Of a stretch of 64,000 bases of DNA, positions 9,509-19,183 are shown piece by piece. The notes under the pieces were generated by a model. It saw nothing but the letters and a program-made list of their open reading frames with translations, did no database searches and was not told the origin of the DNA. The stretch is from an uncultured Gammaproteobacteria bacterium (GTDB taxonomy: Bacteria > Patescibacteriota > Microgenomatia > CAZETR01 > Amesbacteraceae). Numbering within the stretch: position 1 is the first letter of the stretch; each line of letters opens with the position of its first letter. The stretch covers positions 93,352-157,351 of the forward strand of contig CAZCXU010000001.1 in assembly GCA_964502885.1 (NCBI GenBank), in the 5' to 3' direction. The position numbers and the translations under genes are program-made.

Positions 9509-10735
9509 TTATCGGTTAGCTGTTTTAATAGTTTCCTGCTGTTTTGAACCCACGACAGATAAGCCTGTCAGAATCATAATTAAAAGAAAATTTTGATGTG
9601 AGGTTAACCAATAGTGATCAAAAAATCCACTAAAAAGGATGAATGTCCAAGAAAAAAGGTGGTTGACAGATAAATTGTGCATCAGCTTCGCGATGCCCCA
9701 GCATAAAGTGACTATCACCACCAGAAATGGAATAACCCCCAATTCAGTGATTAGCAGTAGATAAGTGTTGTGTATAGGCTGCGAGGACACAGCGTAAATA
9801 TTTGGGAAGGAATTGATTGACACATAGACGTAAGCCCCCAGTCCAGTCCCCCAAACAGGATATTTATTTATCAGGTTTTGCCAAATAGGAAGCTGATTTA
9901 GGCGACCAGATAATGATAGCGGGCGAAGCTGAATCCAAACTTGAACAATAAGACCCAAAACAATCATGCAGACAAAAAGCAATTTGGGACGATGTGTGCA
10001 TGTTAACAAACAAAACGATAATAATGCCGCCACCACCGTACCAAATGACCCAGTCAAAAAAATCGCCAACAGACCCAGCAGAATAACAAAATGAGTAAAC
10101 CCTTTTTTTTGAACCGAATGTGTGTGTTTAGGAAAAAGTAACATCAAGCAGACAGCCAAAAAGCCGGCCAGGGCGTTTGGATGGGGAAATGTGGCGTAAG
10201 ATCGAAGATGTGTACCAAAGTACGGGAGTGTATGTTTGGCGACTGCTGAGGAGGATAATGACAAAGGTCGTTCTCCCAGATAATAGAGAAGTCCACCCAC
10301 TTCACCAGACAAGTAGAACTGAGAGACTGACAATAAAGATAACCAAAGTACTGTAAAGGGCAAGATGCGGAAAAATACTTTTGAAAAATAATCCGCAGAA
10401 AGCACATAGGAATATATAAAGCATAAATACAGGAAAAATATTGTTACCTTGTACAGAGATAACAGAGGCACTCTTGATGTGTTTAATACAAATAGCAGGA
10501 TAGCGATGAACAGTAAAACCACGACTCGAAATCTTTGACGGAAAAAAGTGGGATTACGAGGTAGTCGAATTAAGAGAATTAGCATAACCAAAAGATCGAC
10601 AAAGTAGATAGCAGGCGAGAGATAATCTACCGGAAGGCCGAATGGATGCGAAAAATTTGGCCATAAGTGATAAGCCAACTGAGAAGGAAAAATCAGAACA
10701 AAAAGACCAAACAGAAATCGCTCTAGTTTATACAT
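9509..10735 (-). CDS. Polytopic membrane protein, O-antigen ligase/polymerase (Wzy_C)-like
   Basis: 408 aa with about 10-12 TM helices and a periplasmic-loop pattern reminiscent of the WaaL/Wzy family. Confidence 0.3.
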   Translation of the reverse strand: MYKLERFLFGLFVLIFPSQLAYHLWPNFSHPFGLPVDYLSPAIYFVDLLVMLILLIRLPRNPTFFRQRFRVVVLLFIAILLFVLNTSRVPLLSLYKVTIFFLYLCFIYSYVLSADYFSKVFFRILPFTVLWLSLLSVSQFYLSGEVGGLLYYLGERPLSLSSSAVAKHTLPYFGTHLRSYATFPHPNALAGFLAVCLMLLFPKHTHSVQKKGFTHFVILLGLLAIFLTGSFGTVVAALLSFCLLTCTHRPKLLFVCMIVLGLIVQVWIQLRPLSLSGRLNQLPIWQNLINKYPVWGTGLGAYVYVSINSFPNIYAVSSQPIHNTYLLLITELGVIPFLVVIVTLCWGIAKLMHNLSVNHLFSWTFILFSGFFDHYWLTSHQNFLLIMILTGLSVVGSKQQETIKTANR

Positions 10736-10838
10736 GAATAGGCCGATTATATAGTCATGTCAAAACAGAATGACTACATATCTTACACAAAACGAAAATT
10801 TTGTTTTGTGGTCGCTATAGTCTGAGAGGAAAAAACCA

Positions 10839-11300
10839 CTAAGCCTTGGCTGAAACGATGACACTACGGCTTCGACCAGTACCCTGAGAAGATGTGTCTA
10901 CGCGCGGGTGGTTGGCTAAATACAAATGGACAATGCGGCGCTCAGAAGCGGGCATGGGAGGCAAAGAGTGAGGTTGTCCGGTGGCAATAACCCGAGACAC
11001 TGCAGTATCGGCGAGGGAGTGGAGAGTAAACTGGCGGCGTTCACGATAGTCATTAACATTGACAGAAAGATTAAACCATTGCGAGTATTTGGCATGAAGA
11101 TGTTGGTTGAGAATCAACTGCATCGCACCAAGATTTTCTCCATGATAACCAATAAGAAGAGAAGGATTTTCGGTTTGAAGAAGAATCTGATAGGTGTCTG
11201 TTTCCTTGTCGTAATTCACTGTAGCGGTGACGTCAATAGAAAAGCCAAGATGTGCAAGAAGCTCCTGGGCTTGGGCCAAAACATTCGATGTGTGATCCAT
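10839..11300 (-). CDS. Jag/KhpB-like RNA-binding protein (KH + R3H domains)
   Basis: R3H motif ...ERRIVHLYL..., and the conserved position downstream of yidC. Confidence 0.65.
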   Translation of the reverse strand: MDHTSNVLAQAQELLAHLGFSIDVTATVNYDKETDTYQILLQTENPSLLIGYHGENLGAMQLILNQHLHAKYSQWFNLSVNVNDYRERRQFTLHSLADTAVSRVIATGQPHSLPPMPASERRIVHLYLANHPRVDTSSQGTGRSRSVIVSAKA

Positions 11301-11301
11301 T

Positions 11302-12126
11302 TTAGTCGGCTGATTTTAGCAAATTAAATCGTTTTAGCCAAGGTTTGAGCCCGCCCAATCCCGTGATAGAGTATTGCTGCATTGCTCCGGTCAGGGAAAA
11401 AACAAACCAATAAATTACCAGCCCAGCCTGAAATTGATACCCTACTACGAGGGTCATAAGCGGGAAAAGATAGACCATCTGGCGCTGTGCCTCTACTATT
11501 GCATCGTCGGACGACTCAGGTGTGCCATCGGCAATTTTTTTTGCTTTGGCGACTACAGGGGAAAGCATTAGGGAACTGATCAGTTGAGTGACTGCAGACA
11601 GAAAGAGAAACAGTCCAGGAATCGGGAGGGGGACGCCAGGTATATGAAAGACGTCGGCCCTGGTAAGATCCATATATAAGAAATCAGTAGTAAGCTTAAA
11701 ATCAGAGGGGAGTTGATTGAAGGAATACAACTTATCACCGATTTCTGTCGCAATTTTTGAGGGATCTGCTTTGAGCACGATATTAAATACTGAGAAGAGA
11801 GCAATGAGTATGAGTATCTGAATTATCTGAGGCAAGCAACCTGAAGCTGGATTAAGTCCGTGTTCTTTGAAAAGTTGGGCTTGAGCCAGCATAAGCCCTT
11901 GTTTGTCGTTTTTGTACTTTTCCTTGAGTTTGGTAATTTCGGGGGCCAATTCCTGAGTTTTTTTAGTTACTTTGAGTCCTGGTAAAACTAACGGGGTCAT
12001 CACTATGCGGAGAGCGATTGTAAGCAAAATTATTGCTACACCCAAATTTCCGGTCAGTTGAAGGAAAAAAAATAAGGCGTTGAGCAACGGCTGTGTGAGT
12101 AAAGCGTCCCAAAGAGGTGCAAACAT
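11302..12126 (-). CDS. yidC: Membrane protein insertase YidC (short Gram-positive/CPR type)
   Basis: YidC/Oxa1 core with 5 TM helices and the GCLPQIIQI motif, located in the rnpA-yidD-yidC operon. Confidence 0.85.
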   Translation of the reverse strand: MFAPLWDALLTQPLLNALFFFLQLTGNLGVAIILLTIALRIVMTPLVLPGLKVTKKTQELAPEITKLKEKYKNDKQGLMLAQAQLFKEHGLNPASGCLPQIIQILILIALFSVFNIVLKADPSKIATEIGDKLYSFNQLPSDFKLTTDFLYMDLTRADVFHIPGVPLPIPGLFLFLSAVTQLISSLMLSPVVAKAKKIADGTPESSDDAIVEAQRQMVYLFPLMTLVVGYQFQAGLVIYWFVFSLTGAMQQYSITGLGGLKPWLKRFNLLKSAD

Positions 12127-12131
12127 AGTGA

Positions 12132-12338
12132 TTATGGAAGGGGGTCAAATCCGCCAGGGTGCCATGGATGGCAGCGAATAATTCTAAGAACACCCAACCA
12201 AACTCCGTGAAGGATACCATATTTTTCTATGGCTTGATAGGCGTAGCGAGAACAGGTCGGCTGAAATCGACAACCTAACCCTTTATGTGATAGGTATTTC
12301 TGGTAAAAGACTATGGATGAGAGCAGTAATTTGCGCAT
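12132..12338 (-). CDS. yidD: Membrane protein insertion efficiency factor YidD
   Basis: [30 protein letters not shown] motif. Confidence 0.8.
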   Translation of the reverse strand: MRKLLLSSIVFYQKYLSHKGLGCRFQPTCSRYAYQAIEKYGILHGVWLGVLRIIRCHPWHPGGFDPLP

Positions 12339-12624
12339 GGGACAACCTGAGACAGGCTGGTTTGGGATAAATAATAATATCTAAGCCTTGATCTGGAATT
12401 ATTTCTGCAATCTCATGATATAAAATCCGACGAAGGCGATTTCTTTGAACAGCTTTTCTGGCAAGCTTTGCCGAGGTGACAACGCTATAACGATTTTGAT
12501 CTCCTGAATTCAGACCAGTCCTTTTGCTTATCAATAAACTTATCGATGGGAATGAAAGATTTCTCCCTGACGACTTGACCTGCAAAAAACTCTTACGGGA
12601 AAGTCTATAAATTCGAGGAGGCAT
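12283..12624 (-). CDS. rnpA: RNase P protein component
   Basis: [12 protein letters not shown] motif (RNR motif of RnpA). Overlaps yidD, which is typical. Confidence 0.8.
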   Translation of the reverse strand: MPPRIYRLSRKSFLQVKSSGRNLSFPSISLLISKRTGLNSGDQNRYSVVTSAKLARKAVQRNRLRRILYHEIAEIIPDQGLDIIIYPKPACLRLSHAQITALIHSLLPEIPIT

Positions 12625-12633
12625 GCAAAGTCT

Positions 12634-12768
12634 TTAAGCTGTTAGGCGGCGGCGGCCAACTGCGCGACGGCGCTTAAGAACGTTGCGGCCAGTTCGGCTG
12701 CTCATACGACTACGAAATCCGTGCTTTCGGGCACGCTTGATCTTTTTCGGCTGAAAGGTGTGTTTCAT
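12634..12768 (-). CDS. rpmH: 50S ribosomal protein L34 (44 aa; below the ORF-track length cutoff)
   Basis: Hand translation of the minus strand gives [44 protein letters not shown], which is classic L34, immediately upstream of rnpA. Confidence 0.85.
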   Translation of the reverse strand: MKHTFQPKKIKRARKHGFRSRMSSRTGRNVLKRRRAVGRRRLTA

Positions 12769-12916
12769 TGCCATAACGTGGCTATTATATCATTCCAGAA
12801 TCTGGTTATGTCAAAATAGAATAGCCAGATATTTTATATAAAAAATCTGGAATTTGTGTTTGTGCTCGCTATGGTTCTTGACGGATTGTGGATAACTGGT
12901 ATAAGAGTGGCAGTGT
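12769..12916. promoter_or_regulatory. oriC-associated region upstream of dnaA (AT-rich, DnaA box)
   Basis: Perfect DnaA box TGTGGATAA (reverse complement of TTATCCACA) at 12887-12895. An AT-rich stretch lies at 12780-12860. The rpmH and dnaA promoters are divergent here. Confidence 0.5.
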
Positions 12917-14275
12917 ATGGATAAGGAAAAAACCTGGACAAGTGTACTCGCGTCCCTAAAAACTGAAGTGTCTGAGGGAATTTTTAACACCTATCTGAAA
13001 AATACTCACATTGTAGACATCCAGGAAAATGATCAACGAACAATTTTTGAAATAGGATGCAACTCCACATTTATAAGAAACACATTAGACCTTCGCTATC
13101 ACGGACAAATTGCTAGGGAATTATCCAGAGTAACAGGCAAAACAGCAGAGGTGGTAATTAAAGTTGCGGAAAAGAAAATTGAACTTGATGAAAAAGGAAC
13201 TCTTTTTGAGACACCCAAGGCCACCGTTTTTTCTGATGCATGGAGAAAGGCCAACCTGAAAGCTGACTTTACCTTTGAAAATTATGCTGTGTCCGGAAGC
13301 AACCAGATGGCGTATGCGGCCGCACAGGCCGTGGCGAAAAAATTGGGAGAAACATACAATCCATTGTTTATATACGGTGGGGTGGGGGTGGGGAAAACAC
13401 ATTTAATGCAAGCGATAGGTCACGAAGCCTTGCGAAATTCAAATGGACAGGTATTGTTTTGTTCCGGAGAGGAATTTACGAATGACCTAGTCGAAGCTAT
13501 TAGATTTAAAACTACGGATAAAGTTAGATCAAAGTATCGCAAAGTAAAACTTCTCATGATTGATGATGTGCAATTTATTGCCGGAAAACCCACAGTGCAG
13601 GAAGAATTTTTCCATACGTTTAACGCTATACAGCGCGACGGGGGTCAGGTCGTTATGACATCAGATAAGCCCCCCGGAGAAATTGCCAAGCTAGAGGAAA
13701 GGCTGAGAAGCCGGTTTGGGGCTGGCTTAATTGTCGACGTAGGGCCGGCAGACTTTGAATTGAGATCTGCAATTGTTCTAATTAAAGCCAAACAAAGAAA
13801 CATGGAAATCTCAATGGAAACAGCTCAAACGATTGCGGCAAATGTTACCGGAGTGCGAGAACTACAGGGGGCATTAATTAAACTGGAAACAGAAGAGCGA
13901 ATTCGGGGAAAAAAATTAGACATGGAGGAAATTTTGAAACTTTTGAATGTTCAAAACGAAGAAGCTATTAAATCCAGATTTATTACTCCAACTGAAGTCA
14001 TAAACCAGATCGGAAATTATTACGGAGTGGGCGTGCAACAACTTAAGGGTGAGAAAAGAACCAAGACGATTGTTTGGCCACGACAAATATTAATGTTTAT
14101 ATTACGCCACGATCTTAAACTACCATTGGAAGAAGTTGGAAGGCTGCTGGGAGGAAGAGACCACACCACAGTATTGCACGCCACAGACAAAGTCCGAGGG
14201 GAATTGGACCAGAACCATAAATTTGCAGCCGAAATGGCGGATGTTAAAAGAAAAATCTTTGGTGGTGGAGCATAA
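12917..14275 (+). CDS. dnaA: Chromosomal replication initiator DnaA
   Basis: AAA+ motifs GGVGVGKTHLMQAIGHEA, and a C-terminal DNA-binding domain (TTVLHA...). Confidence 0.95.
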   Translation: MDKEKTWTSVLASLKTEVSEGIFNTYLKNTHIVDIQENDQRTIFEIGCNSTFIRNTLDLRYHGQIARELSRVTGKTAEVVIKVAEKKIELDEKGTLFETPKATVFSDAWRKANLKADFTFENYAVSGSNQMAYAAAQAVAKKLGETYNPLFIYGGVGVGKTHLMQAIGHEALRNSNGQVLFCSGEEFTNDLVEAIRFKTTDKVRSKYRKVKLLMIDDVQFIAGKPTVQEEFFHTFNAIQRDGGQVVMTSDKPPGEIAKLEERLRSRFGAGLIVDVGPADFELRSAIVLIKAKQRNMEISMETAQTIAANVTGVRELQGALIKLETEERIRGKKLDMEEILKLLNVQNEEAIKSRFITPTEVINQIGNYYGVGVQQLKGEKRTKTIVWPRQILMFILRHDLKLPLEEVGRLLGGRDHTTVLHATDKVRGELDQNHKFAAEMADVKRKIFGGGA

Positions 14276-14528
14276 CGACATGAACAATTTGTGGACAAAG
14301 TGTGTGCGGGCAGGGGATGGGAGGAAAAAACTTGTGAATAAACACAATAAGTTGTTCACACCTAGTGGATTTTTTTTAATTTATCCACAATAATGTGCAC
14401 AAGTTTACATAGTAGGTTTTACACAAGAAATTAACCCGAAAGTTGAGTGCGATAATGCAAAATAATCAACTTATCCACAATACCTACTACTGAGACGACT
14501 ATTTTAGATATAAAAATATCGATACCGA
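14276..14528. promoter_or_regulatory. Probable oriC (dnaA-dnaN intergenic) with DnaA boxes and AT-rich unwinding element
   Basis: Perfect TTATCCACA at 14381-14389 and 14471-14479. TGTGGACAA (one mismatch) at 14290-14298. A T-rich tract at 14368-14380. Confidence 0.6.
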
Positions 14529-15647
14529 ATGAAAACAACAGTTTTACAAAGTGATCTGGCAAAATGTTTGGGAACAGTCAGCAGAGTGATACCCAGCAGA
14601 GGGCAGTTGCCTGTGTTGGCAAATGTGCTATTGGAGGCACGCAAAGATGGATTGACCCTAGTAGCAACAAATCTGGAACTTGGAATTCGTGTAATGGTGG
14701 GGGGAAAGATTGAGGAGGAGGGTGACATAACTATTCCGGCGAAAAACTTAACTGAATTTGTATCATCGTTGCCTGCAGGGAGCGTTGATCTATCGACTGA
14801 TGGGGAGAAGATGCTTATTAAGGGCGGAAAGCTATCTGCGACCTTTACAGGGATTTCAGCGATGGAATTTCCGGTGGTACCAAAGATCGAAAGTGTACAA
14901 GGTGGACGAATAGTAAAGATTAAAAGGGCGATGATGGAAAAAGTTGCAAAACAAGTTGCTTTTGCTGCAGCTACAGATGAGAGTAGGCCAGTTTTGACAG
15001 GTGTGGTTTTTATGAGTGAGGGAAATATATTGAAAATTACGGCAAGTGATGGATTTCGATTGAGCAGGAGATTTATTGAGATGGAAAGGGGGTTATGGTT
15101 ATCGGATAAAAGGTTGATTCTTCCGGCAAGAACACTATTGGAGATGTCAAGAATTGCAGCAGAGGGTAAAAAGGAAGAGATTGAGATGGCTGAAATAGCT
15201 GAGAATAACCAGGTTATTATGGCTTACGATGGAATTCAGCTTACATCGCGGATACTGGAGGGTAATTTTCCTGATGTAGAAAAGATTATTCCCGTGGATA
15301 CCAGAACAAAGATTACTCTTGATAGGCAGGAAATGCTGCGGGCGGTTAAGGCAGTGGGGATATTTGCAAGGGACAGTTCGAATATTATCAGGCTTAGAAT
15401 TCAAGATGGCGGGATGATGGTGGAGGCAAGCGCTACTCAGACAGGAGAGAGCACTGTTGAATTGGAAGGGGAGAAGACTGGAGACGATGGACAGATTGCT
15501 TTCAATTACCGGTTTGTGTTGGACTTTTTGAATAGTGTGGATAGTGAGAGAGTTACCTTTGGAATGAATGACAGCCTGGCCTCAGGGTTGTTTGGAATTG
15601 ATGGTGACAATGAATTGCTGCACTTGATAATGCCGGTAAGAGTCTAA
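14529..15647 (+). CDS. dnaN: DNA polymerase III beta sliding clamp
   Basis: 372 aa with three-domain clamp architecture. The N-terminus reads MKTTVLQSDLAKCLGTVSRVIPSRGQLPVLANVLLEA. Confidence 0.9.
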   Translation: MKTTVLQSDLAKCLGTVSRVIPSRGQLPVLANVLLEARKDGLTLVATNLELGIRVMVGGKIEEEGDITIPAKNLTEFVSSLPAGSVDLSTDGEKMLIKGGKLSATFTGISAMEFPVVPKIESVQGGRIVKIKRAMMEKVAKQVAFAAATDESRPVLTGVVFMSEGNILKITASDGFRLSRRFIEMERGLWLSDKRLILPARTLLEMSRIAAEGKKEEIEMAEIAENNQVIMAYDGIQLTSRILEGNFPDVEKIIPVDTRTKITLDRQEMLRAVKAVGIFARDSSNIIRLRIQDGGMMVEASATQTGESTVELEGEKTGDDGQIAFNYRFVLDFLNSVDSERVTFGMNDSLASGLFGIDGDNELLHLIMPVRV

Positions 15648-16150
15648 TGCTCTCTCTCTGAACTATTTATGACGTCCCCTATTGGTGGTGATTGGGCTGG
15701 GGTAAAAGTCATAATAAAAGGTTCCTGAATATTGGGCACACGAAGATTAATCGTGTATTTCTGGTTCAGTTTCCAAGGTTGATTGGGCGTAAAATAAATT
15801 GTCATTCTATTTTTATGAATAATCTTTTTGAATGAAATTCCAGAATTTGAGACGATGATTAATTTGTCTATTTCTGAAAGAGTCAGAGGGCGGTTGAATG
15901 CGTAATATATGGCTGTAGTAGATCCTGCAATGGCGGGTTTGTTGGTTACCGGAGAGGTGTAAGTAAGTTTAAGTGGTATGTTTGGATCGATTGTGGGTGA
16001 AATAGTCGCTTGTGGCGGAGTAACTTGCACATTATTCGGAAGGAGGGAATTGTTGGTGGCAGGCTGAGAATCAGCAAAAAAAGAAGCAATACCAAGAACA
16101 ATGATTATGGTTACTAATGTAGTGATAATTTTTTTGATTTTGGAATTCAT
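15644..16150 (-). CDS. Membrane-anchored hypothetical protein; positionally a PrgL/VirB8-like T4SS candidate
   Basis: N-terminal TM helix, a Pro-rich linker and a roughly 100-aa beta-rich domain. It is the last gene of the minus-strand T4SS-like operon. Confidence 0.3.
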   Translation of the reverse strand: MNSKIKKIITTLVTIIIVLGIASFFADSQPATNNSLLPNNVQVTPPQATISPTIDPNIPLKLTYTSPVTNKPAIAGSTTAIYYAFNRPLTLSEIDKLIIVSNSGISFKKIIHKNRMTIYFTPNQPWKLNQKYTINLRVPNIQEPFIMTFTPAQSPPIGDVINSSEREH

Positions 16151-16161
16151 ATTGTAATATT

Positions 16162-17028
16162 TTAACCACCGCAGAAATAATTTTCAGGACGAACCCAAAC
16201 TCCGTCTATCTGTGCCTCTAGGTGAAGGTGTGTATTGTTTCCCTGATCAAATAGTGCGGTAACAACTGTACCAGATATGGCATCTGTAGCGTAGGAAGAT
16301 GGCACCATAACATGAGTAAGTACTAAGTGGACAGATGTTGTGCCAGACGTTGTGTCGCAGTAGATGGTATTTCCGACTGAACCATTGGCGAATCCGTAAC
16401 GACATGACCAATTTACACTGACACCGTTTACTTGTGGAAGGACCACTCTGGTATCAGAGGAGAATACGTCAGCTGCAAAACCATATTCTGAGCACGAAGC
16501 TCCTCCCCCGGGCTGGTTACAGCGATTTCCATCAGGTGGGGTGGAGGTCCGACAACCGGACCCTTGTGGTATAGAGTAACAACTACCTCCGTATACGTCT
16601 TCCCAGTAATAAGAACTACCGTGTCCTCCCGAGCGATTGTGTTCCTGTGTGGGATTGTAAGAACCAAGAGATATGACTCCTCCAGGGATAGGGCAACTGC
16701 TGGGGTCAGCAAAACCTCCTCCGGGATCAAAAACTCCACCACCTCCAAAGCCGAATCCAAAACGAGAAACCGGAGTTACGAATCCTGAGCTGTTAATTAC
16801 TATTACAGCCATTAGGATGAAGCCAAAAAATATCGCCGTTGCCAACAATGCGATGAAAGCTGTTCCCAGTAGAGTGACTGCGTCGGCAATAAGGTGTTTT
16901 TTGAAATCTGTACCAAATGTTAGAAGTTTGCCGTAAGAAAAGCTTGATATTTTGGTGATATTAATGCTAAAAGCTGATCGAAGGCGACCAATGAGAGGAT
17001 TTATGGGGCCAATAGATAAACTAGCCAT
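16162..17028 (-). CDS. Putative membrane-anchored cell-wall hydrolase (M23-like C-terminal motif), Gly/Cys-rich
   Basis: TM helix near the N-terminus, then a GFGFGGGGVFDPGGG tract and a Cys-rich middle. The C-terminal ...GNNTHLHLEAQIDGVWVRPENYF resembles the M23 HLHFE...G..VDP motif. Confidence 0.3.
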   Translation of the reverse strand: MASLSIGPINPLIGRLRSAFSINITKISSFSYGKLLTFGTDFKKHLIADAVTLLGTAFIALLATAIFFGFILMAVIVINSSGFVTPVSRFGFGFGGGGVFDPGGGFADPSSCPIPGGVISLGSYNPTQEHNRSGGHGSSYYWEDVYGGSCYSIPQGSGCRTSTPPDGNRCNQPGGGASCSEYGFAADVFSSDTRVVLPQVNGVSVNWSCRYGFANGSVGNTIYCDTTSGTTSVHLVLTHVMVPSSYATDAISGTVVTALFDQGNNTHLHLEAQIDGVWVRPENYFCGG

Positions 17029-17033
17029 TATTC

Positions 17034-17321
17034 TTAATGATGATTAATTTCTTCAAGTAATATGAGCGGAAGTTTGAGCAAATGATCCTTTTCTTCCTGA
17101 TAAGGGTCGGAGAAATGTTCATCTGTAGAGTGTGTTTCCACTTCGCGGCGAAGCTCTTCTGTGCTTTTGTGGAGGACCTGCCCAGCCCATTGCCAAAGCG
17201 GGTCAGCGTCTGTTTTGAACTGATCAAAATTATGACAGGAATTACAGATTTCAATTACGGCGTTTTCCAGACTGCTGACGACAGATGGATTTATGTAGTC
17301 AGGGTAGGCAAAAGTGTTCAT
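17034..17321 (-). CDS. Hypothetical small protein in the T4SS-like operon
   Basis: 95-aa ORF, acidic, translationally coupled to the VirB4 stop. Confidence 0.3.
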   Translation of the reverse strand: MNTFAYPDYINPSVVSSLENAVIEICNSCHNFDQFKTDADPLWQWAGQVLHKSTEELRREVETHSTDEHFSDPYQEEKDHLLKLPLILLEEINHH

Positions 17322-19183
17322 TTTGATTCAGGAACCAGTATTGGTTTGGTTTGAGTTTCAGCTTGTTTTTGAGCTAATATTTCGGAGGGTTTGGTGGTAA
17401 TTAGCTTGTGTTCGTCCGGGGATGCTACAAAGCGAACAGCTACGTGATTGTTTCCTGCAAAAAACAGACCTTCTCCAACGTTTGCTGACAGGAGAAGGTG
17501 TTTTTCTCCCTCGGAGAGATAGAAGACCTGGGAAATTTTGTCGACTCCCGCTGGTGATTGTTTCATGAGTATTTGTAGGGAAGAACTGGTGACGATGGCT
17601 TTGCCGTAATCAGTGTTCAAAAAGTCTTCTACGTCCTGAGTAATAGTGGTAAGACCGAGAAAATACTTACGAGCGCGTTTGGCGACGCTGTAGAGGAAAC
17701 TGGCTGAGTCGGGATAACGCATGAGATACCAGGCCTCGTCTACCACAAGAATGCGTTTCTTGAGGTCGCGGCGCATTTTTGTCCAGATATAGTCAAGAAT
17801 GAGAAAGATAGCAATGGGCTTGAGAGAATCTTCGAGATCGCGGACAGAAAAAACTGTAAATTGATTTTTTAGTTGAATATTTGATGGCTGATCGACTATT
17901 CCGGTAAAACTTCCCTTTACAAATCGTTCTAGGCGATCAGCAAGAGATAGGGCTATGGGTTCTTCCATGCCAATGAAAGCTTTGTAAAGATCTTCCATTA
18001 GCGGGGGAGTATTTTTTTGTGTAGCGGGATCAGGGGTGATACCTTTCATACGATAAGCGAGATTGAGGGCGCGATCGAGAAGTGCGTCTTCTGTGGGGCT
18101 AAGGTTTCCCATGATGACTTTGAACATGGAATGCAGCGATTGAATTTTGAGATTAAGCTCGTTTTCATCTGAATTTTGGGTAAGAAGGGAAAGATCAAAG
18201 GGGTTGATGCGATTTTGAGAATTGTAGGAGAAATTGATGTAGTCGCCTCCTACGGCATCACAGAGGGCTTTGTATTCGTTTTCAGGATCTATAACGATTA
18301 TTTCTGTACCAAACATCATGGAACGAACCAGTTCAAGTTTAATGGTGTAAGACTTTCCCGCACCGGATTTGGCGAATACTACTGAGTTGGCGTTTTCCAG
18401 AGAGAAGCGATCAAAAATGACCAAACTGCCGTTGTGCTGATTTATTCCATAGAGGATGCCGTCATTGCTGGTGAGCTCTGATGAGGTGAAAGGGAAGGTG
18501 GTGGCCAGAGAGGTGGTGTCCATGTTTCTGGTGACCATAAGATGGTCGATACAGGTGGGGAGGGTGGTTTTGAAACCTTCAGCCTGCTGGAGGAGTGTGG
18601 GTGTAGAGGCCACTAGAAGAGATGAAAGGGAGCTAGTGACCTGTTTACTGGCAGTTTCAAGTTCGGAGGGGGAATCGGCGGGAATGGTGACATAGAGAGA
18701 GAATTGAAAGAAGCGTTCGATGCCTTTGACGAGTTGATCCTGAAGAGCCAGAGCGTCTTCGAGTTTGGCTTGGGTTACAGGATCGACAACGCGGCCGCGT
18801 TGGGCGTCAGTGTTTAGCTCGGCTTCCATTTCGGCAATCTTTCGACGCAGATCGTCGAGCGTGGACTTGCTTTCTACAGGATAGATGAACATGGAAATAT
18901 TTAGTGAATGGTCAAAATTAATGATGGGACTAAGCCAGTTGCTGGAGACGAAGCGGCGGTTTATTGAGGTGAAGTAGGTGCGGAAATATGTGTCGTTGAT
19001 TTTTAATGAATTGAAATCGATGGTAATGTTTTGTGGGGCGATGATATCCTTGACTGTTTTGGCCTGGGATAATTCTTTTTGGGGGAGAGCCATATTTGTG
19101 TCTGGGACGTTACCGGAGACCTGAGTTGCAGGAGTGGCAGTTTTTTTGACGGGGGTAAGGTTAGGGAGTTTTGGTAGCTTCAT
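17318..19183 (-). CDS. Type IV secretion / conjugation ATPase VirB4 family (C-terminal ATPase portion)
   Basis: Walker A VVFAKSGAGKSYTIK, Walker B ILVVDEAWYLM, and the general VirB4/TraE/CagE architecture. Confidence 0.85.
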   Translation of the reverse strand: MKLPKLPNLTPVKKTATPATQVSGNVPDTNMALPQKELSQAKTVKDIIAPQNITIDFNSLKINDTYFRTYFTSINRRFVSSNWLSPIINFDHSLNISMFIYPVESKSTLDDLRRKIAEMEAELNTDAQRGRVVDPVTQAKLEDALALQDQLVKGIERFFQFSLYVTIPADSPSELETASKQVTSSLSSLLVASTPTLLQQAEGFKTTLPTCIDHLMVTRNMDTTSLATTFPFTSSELTSNDGILYGINQHNGSLVIFDRFSLENANSVVFAKSGAGKSYTIKLELVRSMMFGTEIIVIDPENEYKALCDAVGGDYINFSYNSQNRINPFDLSLLTQNSDENELNLKIQSLHSMFKVIMGNLSPTEDALLDRALNLAYRMKGITPDPATQKNTPPLMEDLYKAFIGMEEPIALSLADRLERFVKGSFTGIVDQPSNIQLKNQFTVFSVRDLEDSLKPIAIFLILDYIWTKMRRDLKKRILVVDEAWYLMRYPDSASFLYSVAKRARKYFLGLTTITQDVEDFLNTDYGKAIVTSSSLQILMKQSPAGVDKISQVFYLSEGEKHLLLSANVGEGLFFAGNNHVAVRFVASPDEHKLITTKPSEILAQKQAETQTKPILVPESK

